Positions 27,171 to 35,444 of a stretch of 64,000 nt of DNA are shown here, piece by piece. This DNA comes from a virus. Its lineage: Duplodnaviria > Caudoviricetes. Both the position numbers and the translations under genes were made by a program. The number at the start of each line of letters is the position of its first letter. Within the stretch, counting starts at the first letter, position 1. The stretch spans positions 2,095-66,094 of IMG/VR virus record IMGVR_UViG_3300036781_000813; one strand, given 5' to 3'. The notes under the pieces were generated by a model. The model was not told the DNA's origin and made no database searches. It saw nothing but the letters and a program-made list of their open reading frames with translations.

Positions 27171-27190
27171 GTGTGGTTGCTCCTTTCCGC

Positions 27191-28144
27191 TCAGTTCAGC
27201 TTGCTGGTGATCTTGACGACCTCGCCGGGCAGCGCGGCGGAAGCGAACTTCCACGCGGTGCTGACGGTGGTCGTGCCCGTGATGGTGGTCGACGTGACGG
27301 TCTGCGTCGGGCTCACGTAGTAGGTGCCCAAGCCGCCGGCGCCGGTGCCGAAGCCCGTGATGACGGTGTTCGCGGTGACGCCGCCGCCGCCCGCACCGCT
27401 CAGCACGGAGCCGACCGAGAACAGGCCGGACAGAGCCGAAACCGCAGTGAAGAGGCCGTAGGCGCCAGAGATCGTCGTCGAGGTGGCGTTCTGCTCGGGG
27501 ATCGAGACCGAGTAGCGGCCGATGCCGTTCAGGCTCTCGCCGCTCAGCAGCGGGAGAAGCTGACGGACGATCTTGGTGCCCGAAGCAACTCCGGTACCGG
27601 AGATCGTGGCGCCCGGCGGGATGAGGCCGCTGCCGACGGCGGTGACCGTCAGTGTGGCGTTGGCGATCGAGCCCGTCACCGAGAAGGTCTCCGGGTCGAT
27701 GGTGCCGGTCGCGCTCGCCGTGCCGGACTGCGCCTTGATCTTGCCGGTCGCGACTTCGGCGTAGACCGTGCCGCCGCGAAGCGCCTGGATGCTGTCGTCG
27801 TTCTTGGCCCAGAAGTCGGTGCCGCTGACGAGCGCCATCTGCTGGCCAGCGATGATCGTCAGGCTCGCATCGGCGAGGTACTGCGTGATGGTGGCCTGCA
27901 GGGCGCTGCGCACGAAGCCGTCGGGGGCCGAGCCGTTGCCGACGTTCTGCGCCCACGAAGGAGCGCCGTCGCCGTCGGGCGGATTGAACAGCCACGCAAA
28001 GCGGCCGACCACGCAGCCGTTCGGACCGGCGACGATGCCGAACGGGCCAGCGTCGACCGAGAAGGGGGGATTGGTGCTCGCCGGATCACCCGCGATGCCG
28101 CGGGCCGACGAGCTAGCGACGAAAGTCTGACGACCAGCGGTCAT
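27191..28144 (-). CDS. Head decoration or cement protein
   Basis: AGDPASTNP...VGRFAW...GFV...QATITQYL, immediately upstream of the capsid gene. Confidence 0.75.
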   Translation of the reverse strand: MTAGRQTFVASSSARGIAGDPASTNPPFSVDAGPFGIVAGPNGCVVGRFAWLFNPPDGDGAPSWAQNVGNGSAPDGFVRSALQATITQYLADASLTIIAGQQMALVSGTDFWAKNDDSIQALRGGTVYAEVATGKIKAQSGTASATGTIDPETFSVTGSIANATLTVTAVGSGLIPPGATISGTGVASGTKIVRQLLPLLSGESLNGIGRYSVSIPEQNATSTTISGAYGLFTAVSALSGLFSVGSVLSGAGGGGVTANTVITGFGTGAGGLGTYYVSPTQTVTSTTITGTTTVSTAWKFASAALPGEVVKITSKLN

Positions 28145-28169
28145 GTTGCTTCCTTTCTCTGGTCAGATT

Positions 28170-29018
28170 TCAGTTGAGGCCGATGGCCGCGGCGTGGGGG
28201 TACTTCTTGGCCAGCTCATCGCTGACCGAGGCCTCGACCGTCTTGCTGTCCGAGGCGCGCACGGTGCGGTCGCCAGGCTTAGGCAGGCGCTCGATCAGGA
28301 TGCGCAGCGCCGCGACGTCCTTGACCGCCTTGGCGTCCTGCCCCAGCGCGTCGAGTGTGCTGCGAAGGACCTTCTCGACGCTGTCGTGCGCCATCGACAT
28401 GGCGCCCACCCAGGGGCGGACGAACTCGCGGGCCTCGGCCAGAGCGGTCGCCTCGGCGCGCACGCGCTTCTCGGTGTCCTCGGCCGCCTTCTTGATGGCG
28501 GCGTCCATGGCTTCCTTGGTGACGCCCTTGTCATCCTTCTCGTCGCCCGGAGGGGCTTCCGTGGGATCGGCCGGAACGTTCATGTCACCGGCCTTCTTGC
28601 CCATCATCTTGCCGAAGGCCTCGATCTGGCCCTCGTCCATGCCGCAGTCGGTGAGGAACTTGCGCTGGGCCTCGTCGAGCGCGGGAATCTCGCCCTCGCC
28701 CTCGGCCTCCATCGGCATCTCGTCGGACTCCTGCGCTTCCGCGCTCGGTGCCTCGCCGCCGATGATGTGGCTGGCCAGCATGTGGATGACGTCGTCGGGG
28801 CCCATCTTGCCCGCGGCGCCGTTCGGGTCGGGTGCCAGCATCGGTTCTGCGTCCTTGCAGAGCTTGACGACGATGCCCTTGATCTCGGCCTTGTAGGTCT
28901 TGGCCGTGAGATCCTTCACGTAGGGCACGACGTCGAGCTTCTTGTCCTTGGCCAGACGCGGCCCGACGTAGGCAGCGAGCGCCATCCCGACCGCGAGCCG
29001 GGTCTTCGAAAACTTCAT
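28170..29018 (-). CDS. Capsid scaffold-like protein
   Basis: Charged and helical, AMDAAIK...AREFVRPWVG. Confidence 0.7.
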   Translation of the reverse strand: MKFSKTRLAVGMALAAYVGPRLAKDKKLDVVPYVKDLTAKTYKAEIKGIVVKLCKDAEPMLAPDPNGAAGKMGPDDVIHMLASHIIGGEAPSAEAQESDEMPMEAEGEGEIPALDEAQRKFLTDCGMDEGQIEAFGKMMGKKAGDMNVPADPTEAPPGDEKDDKGVTKEAMDAAIKKAAEDTEKRVRAEATALAEAREFVRPWVGAMSMAHDSVEKVLRSTLDALGQDAKAVKDVAALRILIERLPKPGDRTVRASDSKTVEASVSDELAKKYPHAAAIGLN

Positions 29019-29054
29019 GATGTTCTCCTTGGGGAGCGAGGGGCCCGGGTCGCG

Positions 29055-29999
29055 CTACAGGCGATCGAGCAGCGGGACGTCGAACATGCGGTCGAGCAGA
29101 CCGCGCGACGGGGTGAACTTCGGTTTGGCGTCGGCAACGGCGACGGCGGGGCCCTGCCTGCCCTCTTCGACCAGCGCCACATGGTTGAAGGCGATGTTCG
29201 TCATGAGCCCGTCGTACTTCTCGCCGTTCCATTCTCCGGCGGTCATGACCGGGTCGTAGCGATAGCTCGGCGACAACTCGCGCTTGGTGTCGGCGTCGAT
29301 GCCCTTGATCGATTCGGCGTCCCAGACGACCAGCGAGTTCCACAAACGGCTGCCGTCGAACGCGGCATCGGTGCCGGTGCTGCCGGCCACGTTCTGCTTC
29401 TGCGGGTTCTCGGCATCCACGCCGATATGCTCGTCGAGCAGCTGAATATTGTTGGCGCTCGGCGCCGCCTTCTCGATCTCTTCGGGCGGCCGAAACATCT
29501 GGTAGATGCGGCCCGGCTCCAGGCCCAACTCTTCCCAGCCCGGGATTTCCTCGCCCAAGTAGGGATTGACAGCCGCCATACAGATCGGCGTCTTGGCGAC
29601 ATGGAGGCGGCCGTCCTGATCGATGGTGCGGTTGCTCTGAAAGTCGACGGCGAAGCGGTACTTGCCGAGGGCGCGGTCTCGAGCGAGGCCGGCGTGCTCC
29701 TTGGTCTTGAAGGGGCCGATGGCGCGGTCGGCGGCTAGAGCCATCCAGCCGTCCGAGGCCTGCACGACGGAGTGTTCAGGCTCAGCCATCTCCTCGGCGA
29801 TGAACCTCAGCACGCCCATCCAGTCACCGGGCGTCATGTCCTTGGCGGCGGCTGCGTGCTCCGGCGCCCAGTCTTTCGCGTCCTTGCCCGCGGTGTGATA
29901 GGCGATCGCGGCGGCCTGCTTGGGGTCCCGCCCCTCGCCGACCAGCTTCTTGATGTTGGCGCTGATGACTTCGGACGACGCGCCCTTCTCAAGCGGCAT
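29055..29999 (-). CDS. Prohead maturation protein (DUF2213-like)
   Basis: DGRLHVAKTPICMAAVNPYLGEEIP...RELSPSYRY...NHVALVEEGRQG. Confidence 0.88.
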   Translation of the reverse strand: MPLEKGASSEVISANIKKLVGEGRDPKQAAAIAYHTAGKDAKDWAPEHAAAAKDMTPGDWMGVLRFIAEEMAEPEHSVVQASDGWMALAADRAIGPFKTKEHAGLARDRALGKYRFAVDFQSNRTIDQDGRLHVAKTPICMAAVNPYLGEEIPGWEELGLEPGRIYQMFRPPEEIEKAAPSANNIQLLDEHIGVDAENPQKQNVAGSTGTDAAFDGSRLWNSLVVWDAESIKGIDADTKRELSPSYRYDPVMTAGEWNGEKYDGLMTNIAFNHVALVEEGRQGPAVAVADAKPKFTPSRGLLDRMFDVPLLDRL

Positions 30000-30171
30000 C
30001 GTGGTGGTCTTCCTCGTGCCGCTCCTCGACCGGCTGCTCGACCGTCACGGGCTCGGGTGCCGGCGTCGGCGCTGGCTCCTCATCGGGCTGTGGCGTCGCC
30101 TTGGGCGGCTTGCGGTGGAACGGAACGACCGGCATCGGCTGGCCTCCTGTGCCGCTAGCAGCGCCCGGCAA
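29989..30171 (-). CDS. Small Pro/Glu-rich hypothetical protein
   Basis: Fills the gap in the operon, start uncertain. Confidence 0.4.
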   Translation of the reverse strand: MPGAASGTGGQPMPVVPFHRKPPKATPQPDEEPAPTPAPEPVTVEQPVEERHEEDHHDAA

Positions 30172-30358
30172 CCTCCAGTGAGGTCATGGTGCGCAAGGCA
30201 TCGCGAATAGTGTTGCGGTTGACGAAGCGCTTCGGGCAGTCACAGCCGCTTGCGGCGTCTGCCAATTCAATGTCGCTGAGATGCAGCGAGCGGGCCTTGG
30301 CGAAGAACACTCGGCCATCCGAGAGTTGGATCGACACGATCAGTTCCGCGTCGTCCAT
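30155..30358 (-). CDS. Small hypothetical protein
   Basis: TGATG-coupled to the MuF gene. Confidence 0.5.
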   Translation of the reverse strand: MDDAELIVSIQLSDGRVFFAKARSLHLSDIELADAASGCDCPKRFVNRNTIRDALRTMTSLEVAGRC

Positions 30359-32295
30359 CAGACGAAGCCCTCGATTATCGAGCGCGCCGTGCAGCGGCAG
30401 TTTTTGCTGACAAATCCTTGTGTCGTTGTACTATACCACCCGACATTACTTTGGAGGGTATAGACGTGGCCGCTCGTATTTTTACTGATGAGTTTCTTGC
30501 CCACGCGAACGGCCTGAAAGACAAATTCACCAGCCTCAAAGACCTTGCCGCCCATCTCGAAGTTGACGCGGGCGAGTTGAGCAAGAACCTCCGCACTAAG
30601 GGCTATCCCGTCCCTAACGGTCGGATCGGCGCTACCCATCGGCGCATCAACATCGACCTTGACCAGATCGTCGCCCTGCACTGTGCCGGGAATCCCGTCG
30701 CCAGCGTCGCGAAGACATTCGGCGTCTCGCCCACCGTGATCTTTCGTATCATGCGAGGCGGCGGAATTACGCCGCGCAAGGATTTCTACGATTTCACGGA
30801 CGCGGAGATCGTCCGGATGTTCAACGAGGGCTACAGCGTTCTTTCCATCGCCGAGCACTTCAAGGTCTCTCGAAACGTTGTCGCCCATCGGCTGAAGCGC
30901 AACGGCATCACGCCGCGAGGCGCCAGTGCGGCCAACCATCTGCGCTTCGAGCGCACCAGCGGGACCGAGCTTCGGGGTTTGACCGAGGCCGCTCGTCGCA
31001 AGCGGATCGCCAACCTGCGAGACAATGGAACTGACTACGACGCTCCCGCGATTGGTCTCGGCGAGGTCGAATTTCGAGACGCACTCGTCGCTGCCAGCAT
31101 TGAGTTCACGGAGCAGTCGGAACTCGGCCCCTACGCTCTCGACTTCCGAGTCAGGAATGTCGCCGTGGAAGTTAAATACAGCGCCAACCTGACCGCTGGT
31201 TACACCGCGTGGGGACAGCCGGCTGAGCGCGCCGAATATATCCGCAAAGCTAAACTTGGTCTGATTACGATCCTGCATTCCGGCGTCGAGTTTCTTAAGC
31301 CGGCTCTGCCATATGTAGTCGCCCTCGTTGATCGCTTGAGCCGCGACCCATCCTTTCGGAGTCAAGAGCGGATGATTAGGTGTCGCTCGTACAGTGGCCT
31401 CTCCCGCTTCAAGGGCAATAAGGTCGCCCCGGTAGTGGTAACGCCAGACTTTATGGCAACCATTCACGAGATCGACTAGCACATCACCCGGGAAGCAGTT
31501 CGGCAGGGTGCCGGGCCAGATGCGTTGACCGACATCGGGGTCAAGCCAGCCCTCGACGATGTTGTACCGGGTCTTGTCGCGACCGGCCTTCAGATGGCTG
31601 GTCCTTGGATGTTTTCCCCCGCCTGAGTGCTGCCAAACCGCCTCGGTGATACCGAGAGACATCTGGCGACCGCGATTCAACATGGCCGAGGCCTTGTGAT
31701 TCTGATCTCGCGCAATGAACGCCGCTCGCCGCCGCGTCACCCCGTAGGTCTGTTCCAGTTCCTTTGCCAGCGCGCCGACATCGTGGCCGGCGCTGACACT
31801 GCGCATGACGCTGCCTTCCACGTCCTTGAAATACTGCTCCGGGATCGACCGGATCAGGCTGACATTCTCCTGAATGGCCGCCTGGATGAGATCGCGTTGG
31901 GCCGCGGTCATCTTGAAGTCGATGGAGAAGCCGGCCTTCTTGAGGATGGCCTTCAGTTGCTCATCAGTCCGGGCCGATGCCGCCTTGGCGAAGTAGTCGG
32001 CCAGCGACTGGGCGCCTTCATCGAACTTGGCTTCCCACTGCTTGCGGAGCTCGCGGACCACCTTGGAGATCGTGACCGCCGGGGCTTCGTCTTCAGCCAT
32101 AAGCTTCGTTACAGCGGGCTCGTTCGCTCGGTAGGCCGCCAGCACCCATTTCCGGACGGAGCGGTGCATGGCCTCTACAAGCCTGTGCAAACGCTTCTGG
32201 TAGATCACCCGGAGGCCCGCGTTTGCGTTCAGCGGGGGAAGGATGACCTCAGGCATCGAAGCTGCGGGGGGCGCGGGCTCGAGTGCTGCGGCCAC
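30358..32295 (-). CDS. MuF/SPP1 gp7-like head morphogenesis protein, intein-containing precursor
   Basis: RRAAFIARDQNHKA...WQHSGGGKHPRTSH...PGTLPN/CRC motif split by a 366-aa insertion. Follows the portal gene. Confidence 0.92.
   Translation of the reverse strand: MAAALEPAPPAASMPEVILPPLNANAGLRVIYQKRLHRLVEAMHRSVRKWVLAAYRANEPAVTKLMAEDEAPAVTISKVVRELRKQWEAKFDEGAQSLADYFAKAASARTDEQLKAILKKAGFSIDFKMTAAQRDLIQAAIQENVSLIRSIPEQYFKDVEGSVMRSVSAGHDVGALAKELEQTYGVTRRRAAFIARDQNHKASAMLNRGRQMSLGITEAVWQHSGGGKHPRTSHLKAGRDKTRYNIVEGWLDPDVGQRIWPGTLPNCFPGDVLVDLVNGCHKVWRYHYRGDLIALEAGEATVRATPNHPLLTPKGWVAAQAINEGDYIWQSRLKKLDAGMQDRNQTKFSFADIFGALSRLSPRGVTSGQVGAVFNFHGDIPDSEVESVGAEFRLLRELNAGSDECVSKFDLAETNRGSVVVSSIVSQVGDPLATSGLGQTPKLGPAGALEAQMVGRTGASRRDAVALQPMGDNVSRDLEVLGDGKNAVALVEHPDDLRVREIVEILARRNSAASHDTKDHGGRDAECLRDAGDGIPGTVQGDDLVKVDVDAPMGSADPTVRDGIALSAEVLAQLARVNFEMGGKVFEAGEFVFQAVRVGKKLISKNTSGHVYTLQSNVGWYSTTTQGFVSKNCRCTARSIIEGFV
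30407..30458 (+). promoter_or_regulatory. Candidate promoter and RBS for the antisense nuclease gene
   Basis: CTGACA(30407-12)-N16-TACTAT(30429-34), and GGAGGG (30453-58) 7 nt before GTG30466. Confidence 0.55.
30466..31479 (+). CDS. Antisense intein-nested putative homing endonuclease (3x HTH plus PD-(D/E)xK/DUF559-like domain)
   Basis: HTH repeats such as EIVRMFNEGYSVLSIAEHFKVSRNVVAHRLKRNGI, then EVEFRDAL...IEFTEQSELGPYALDF...VAVEVK. Has its own SD. Confidence 0.8.
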   Translation: MAARIFTDEFLAHANGLKDKFTSLKDLAAHLEVDAGELSKNLRTKGYPVPNGRIGATHRRINIDLDQIVALHCAGNPVASVAKTFGVSPTVIFRIMRGGGITPRKDFYDFTDAEIVRMFNEGYSVLSIAEHFKVSRNVVAHRLKRNGITPRGASAANHLRFERTSGTELRGLTEAARRKRIANLRDNGTDYDAPAIGLGEVEFRDALVAASIEFTEQSELGPYALDFRVRNVAVEVKYSANLTAGYTAWGQPAERAEYIRKAKLGLITILHSGVEFLKPALPYVVALVDRLSRDPSFRSQERMIRCRSYSGLSRFKGNKVAPVVVTPDFMATIHEID

Positions 32296-33904
32296 GGTCC
32301 GGTCGACTGTCGCGGTCTCGTTCGCCTTCGGGCCGGCCCTCGCGCTCGCCGCCTTCCTCGCGGCGCAGGTTCGGGAAGGTCCGGCTCATCGCGGGGTCGA
32401 CCAGGTCTTCTTCCCCAAGGCCGTCGTCCTCGTCCGCCAGATCGAGGCCGTCGTAGGGGCTGTCGGGGTCACTCGCCAGGCGTCGGCGGTCATCTTCGGG
32501 AGTGATGACGCCGGACTGGATGTAAACCGCCGAGGTATCGGCCTTCGTCTTCTGCAGGTCCGCCAGTTCCTTCGCCGACAGCGCCTTGAGCGGCTTGAAC
32601 TCCCACACGATGTCGGGGTCGACGACACCCCACAGCGAGATCATCGCGAAGCAGGCGACCGAGTTGAGATGCTTCGTGAACAGCTTGGCCTGGCTGGCGC
32701 GGACCCACTCGTACCAGGTCTGCATCTCGAACTCCGACGTCGCGTTCAGGCCTGACGGCGAGATGCCGGTCAGCTTCACGAGAGGCACGTGGGATACGGC
32801 TGACTGGTGCTCTTGAGCCTGCGCCTGCAGATGATCGAGGCTGGCCAGCGGGGCGGCGATATTGGCGAAATCCTCGCCGTCCTTGTCGATCATGAGGACG
32901 CCGTTGTTGTTGAGCAGCTGGCTCATCAGCGCGGCGCGCTTCAACATCTTCTGGCCGCCCTCGGTGGTCGAGGCGTCCATGCTGGTCTTCAGCACGTTGA
33001 CGCTGAACTTGTACATGATGTCGGCGACGGTCTTGCGCGCCCGGAGCCAGTTGTCGACGGTGGGCTTCACCATCTGGCTCATCGGCAGGCCGCCGTACAT
33101 GTAGGCCGGCTTCAGCATGTCGGGCACTTCACGTCCGACGAAGGTCAGCAGACGGGTGACGTGCACTTCCTTGCCGAGCACGTACCAGCTTTGCGGGTTG
33201 TACCAGTCCGGCTTCAGGGGATCGTTCGAGGTGTACTGCGCCGGGTAGGACCAGAGTGGTTCGATAGGCCGTAGCGCCTTCAGGAAGCCCTTCTTGTCCT
33301 TTGCCTTCGCGTCGGTCGTGGCATCGCGCCCGTTGCCGATGCTGGTCTTGAGTTCGTCCGGCGCGTCGGTATCGCCTGTGTCGAGGTAGAGATGCGAGCG
33401 GCCGAAGTAGAGATCGAGCTCGGCAACGCGGCGGAAAACACCCTGCACGTCGAGCCGCTTGAACTCCTCGGTCAGTTCCTTGATGCGCTCGGCCTTCGAT
33501 GCCTTGTCGGTCGAGGTCGATTTGAACTCGATCCATTCCCGCGTCATCTCCGTCGCGGTGACTTCGGCGATCGCACGATATTCCGCGATCTGCGCCAGTT
33601 CCGAGAGGTACGGGAAGCCGAGGAAGACGATGCCGTTCAGTAGCGCGGCGTTCTGCAGTTGGCCGACCGCCCAGCCGTTCATCTGCTGGAGGTTGCTGTC
33701 CATCGCCAGTGTGGCCTTGCCCTCGGGCACGACACCGGGCGGGGGCTTGGGGAGCGACCCCGGCGCGAACGGCGACCAGTTCGGATCGGCGAGACGCTTG
33801 CTCAGATCTTGTGCGGCGACCGCTGCCAGCACGGCATCGGAAACGCCGCGCGCCTGCTGAGCCGCCCTCTTCGGCGCCTTCAACTGCGCCGGCTTCTTCG
33901 CCAT
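32249..33904 (-). CDS. Portal protein (DUF1073-like)
   Basis: FLGFPYLSELAQIAEYR...EMTREWI...PLVKLTGISPSGLNATSE. Confidence 0.9.
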   Translation of the reverse strand: MAKKPAQLKAPKRAAQQARGVSDAVLAAVAAQDLSKRLADPNWSPFAPGSLPKPPPGVVPEGKATLAMDSNLQQMNGWAVGQLQNAALLNGIVFLGFPYLSELAQIAEYRAIAEVTATEMTREWIEFKSTSTDKASKAERIKELTEEFKRLDVQGVFRRVAELDLYFGRSHLYLDTGDTDAPDELKTSIGNGRDATTDAKAKDKKGFLKALRPIEPLWSYPAQYTSNDPLKPDWYNPQSWYVLGKEVHVTRLLTFVGREVPDMLKPAYMYGGLPMSQMVKPTVDNWLRARKTVADIMYKFSVNVLKTSMDASTTEGGQKMLKRAALMSQLLNNNGVLMIDKDGEDFANIAAPLASLDHLQAQAQEHQSAVSHVPLVKLTGISPSGLNATSEFEMQTWYEWVRASQAKLFTKHLNSVACFAMISLWGVVDPDIVWEFKPLKALSAKELADLQKTKADTSAVYIQSGVITPEDDRRRLASDPDSPYDGLDLADEDDGLGEEDLVDPAMSRTFPNLRREEGGEREGRPEGERDRDSRPDRGRSTRARAPRSFDA

Positions 33905-33905
33905 C

Positions 33906-35444
33906 TCAGAAAGCCTGCTGCCCGGCGTAGTGCTGCTGAACCATATCGAGCACCTCGTCGGACACGTTCATCTGCTTCGGCTTCTGGATCAGGCGGCCGA
34001 AGGCTCCGGAACTGGCGTCGACCTGGTCCTTGAACCGGCCGGCGGGGAATACTCCGAGTTCGTCGAAATAGACCTGATTCCAATCGCCACGGACGACGAA
34101 GACGTTTCCGGCTTCACACTGCGCCGCGAATGGCAGGGCGCGATCTTCCTTGTTGCCAGTCTCGGGCTCGGCGTGGACGTTCCAGCCCGCCAGCATCAGG
34201 ATCATATCCTGCGCTTGCACCTTGCCGGATTGGCCCGGGTCTTGCGGCAGGCTGATTTCGACCGACTTGCCGTCAGCTTCAGCGAAGTGCTTCAAGAAGC
34301 GCCGTACCTCGTTTCCTTCGCTTTGCGTCGTGAAGACATGGCCGACATAGAATGTGCCGTCCGGGGCGCGGCCAAGCTTCACACCTGCCGTGCGTGCCGC
34401 CGTCTCGCTCTTGGTAGCGGCAAGGTCCCAGTGGCGAACCCAAACCGTGCCTCGAGGTGCCTGATCCACCATCTTGTCGGCGAACCACGAAAGCTTGAAC
34501 AGCGCGCCCTCGCGTGGGGCGGGGCGCTGCTGATACTGGCCAGCCCACATGTACGACAGCGTCTTGAAGCCGGACAGGGTCTCGGCGGGGAACCGAATGG
34601 GGTCCATCAGCTCGCCGTCGTAGGTGCGAGGGTCGGACCATGGCAGAGGCGTCACGCAGCGGCGGTCGGCCTCGAATTCCATTGGGATGTAGAGATGGAT
34701 GAACCCGAATTGCTGCGCGAGCAGCGCGCCGGTGAGATCGAGTTCGTGGATACGCTGCATCACGACCACGATGGCCGAGGTCTTCAGGTCGTTGACGCGA
34801 TTCAGGCCGCCTTCAAGGAAGTCGCGGATGGCGTTGCCGCGTTCCTTTTCCGACTCGGCCTGCTTGATCGAATGAGGGTCGTCCACCACCAGGCGGTCGC
34901 CGCGCTTGCCGGTGATCGAGCCGAAGGCGATTCCTTCGCGAAAGCCGGTGGCCGTGTTTTCGAAGCTAGTCTCGCCGTAACGGGTAAGGGCGACTTCGGG
35001 CCAGAGCGACTGAAACCACTCTGACATGACGATATTGCGCGTCTTACGGGTGTCGCGCTTGATCGCCTCGAACTCGAACGCCGTCGTAACGAAGCGGACC
35101 GAGGGCCTGCCGCATGGCCCCCACTCCCAGGCCTGCCATAGCACCGTGATGATTGTCGACTTCGAAGAGCCCGGCGGGACATTGATGATCAGCCGCGGGT
35201 GAAGCTTGCCGAAGGTGATCGCCTCAAGGTGATCGCACATCGCCTGGAGGTAGAACCCCCACACCAGCGGAGTGGTCGGCTCGATGATGTGCCACGCTTC
35301 CTTGACGAAGCCCGCGAAGGACTTGCAGCGCTCCCGGGTCCGCTCAAGCGCCCGGCGATGCTTCTCCTTCCGGACCATCTCCATCATCGCTGATGGGTCC
35401 GGCAGGCGCCGTGAGGATGCGCTCGAGCTGGTCAAGCTGCTCAT
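33906..35444 (-). CDS. terL: Terminase large subunit (start may be ATG near 35387)
   Basis: RLIINVPPGSSKS (Walker A), LVVDDPH, GQYQQRP, WDLA, KDQVDA nuclease motifs. Confidence 0.93.
   Translation of the reverse strand: MSSLTSSSASSRRLPDPSAMMEMVRKEKHRRALERTRERCKSFAGFVKEAWHIIEPTTPLVWGFYLQAMCDHLEAITFGKLHPRLIINVPPGSSKSTIITVLWQAWEWGPCGRPSVRFVTTAFEFEAIKRDTRKTRNIVMSEWFQSLWPEVALTRYGETSFENTATGFREGIAFGSITGKRGDRLVVDDPHSIKQAESEKERGNAIRDFLEGGLNRVNDLKTSAIVVVMQRIHELDLTGALLAQQFGFIHLYIPMEFEADRRCVTPLPWSDPRTYDGELMDPIRFPAETLSGFKTLSYMWAGQYQQRPAPREGALFKLSWFADKMVDQAPRGTVWVRHWDLAATKSETAARTAGVKLGRAPDGTFYVGHVFTTQSEGNEVRRFLKHFAEADGKSVEISLPQDPGQSGKVQAQDMILMLAGWNVHAEPETGNKEDRALPFAAQCEAGNVFVVRGDWNQVYFDELGVFPAGRFKDQVDASSGAFGRLIQKPKQMNVSDEVLDMVQQHYAGQQAF

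Larger units (their letters stand above)
30400..31497 (-). mobile_element. Intein (Hint domain) in the MuF gene
   Basis: Block A CFPGDVLV, block B VRATPNHPLLT (TxxH), block F GHVYTLQS, and C-terminus FVSKN followed by Cys+1. Confidence 0.92.

Noticed and set aside
25920-29738. Long plus-strand ORFs (388, 341 and 531 aa) opposite the capsid, decoration and protease genes
   Set aside because: Shadow frames rich in R/G/V/D/H. The minus strand carries the recognisable proteins.
31627-32505. 292-aa plus-strand ORF next to the antisense nuclease
   Set aside because: Shadow of the MuF extein and portal with no domain features, so it is not part of the intein element.
33930-35024. 364-aa ORF antisense to terL
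   Set aside because: Shadow ORF. TerL is uninterrupted and has no intein.
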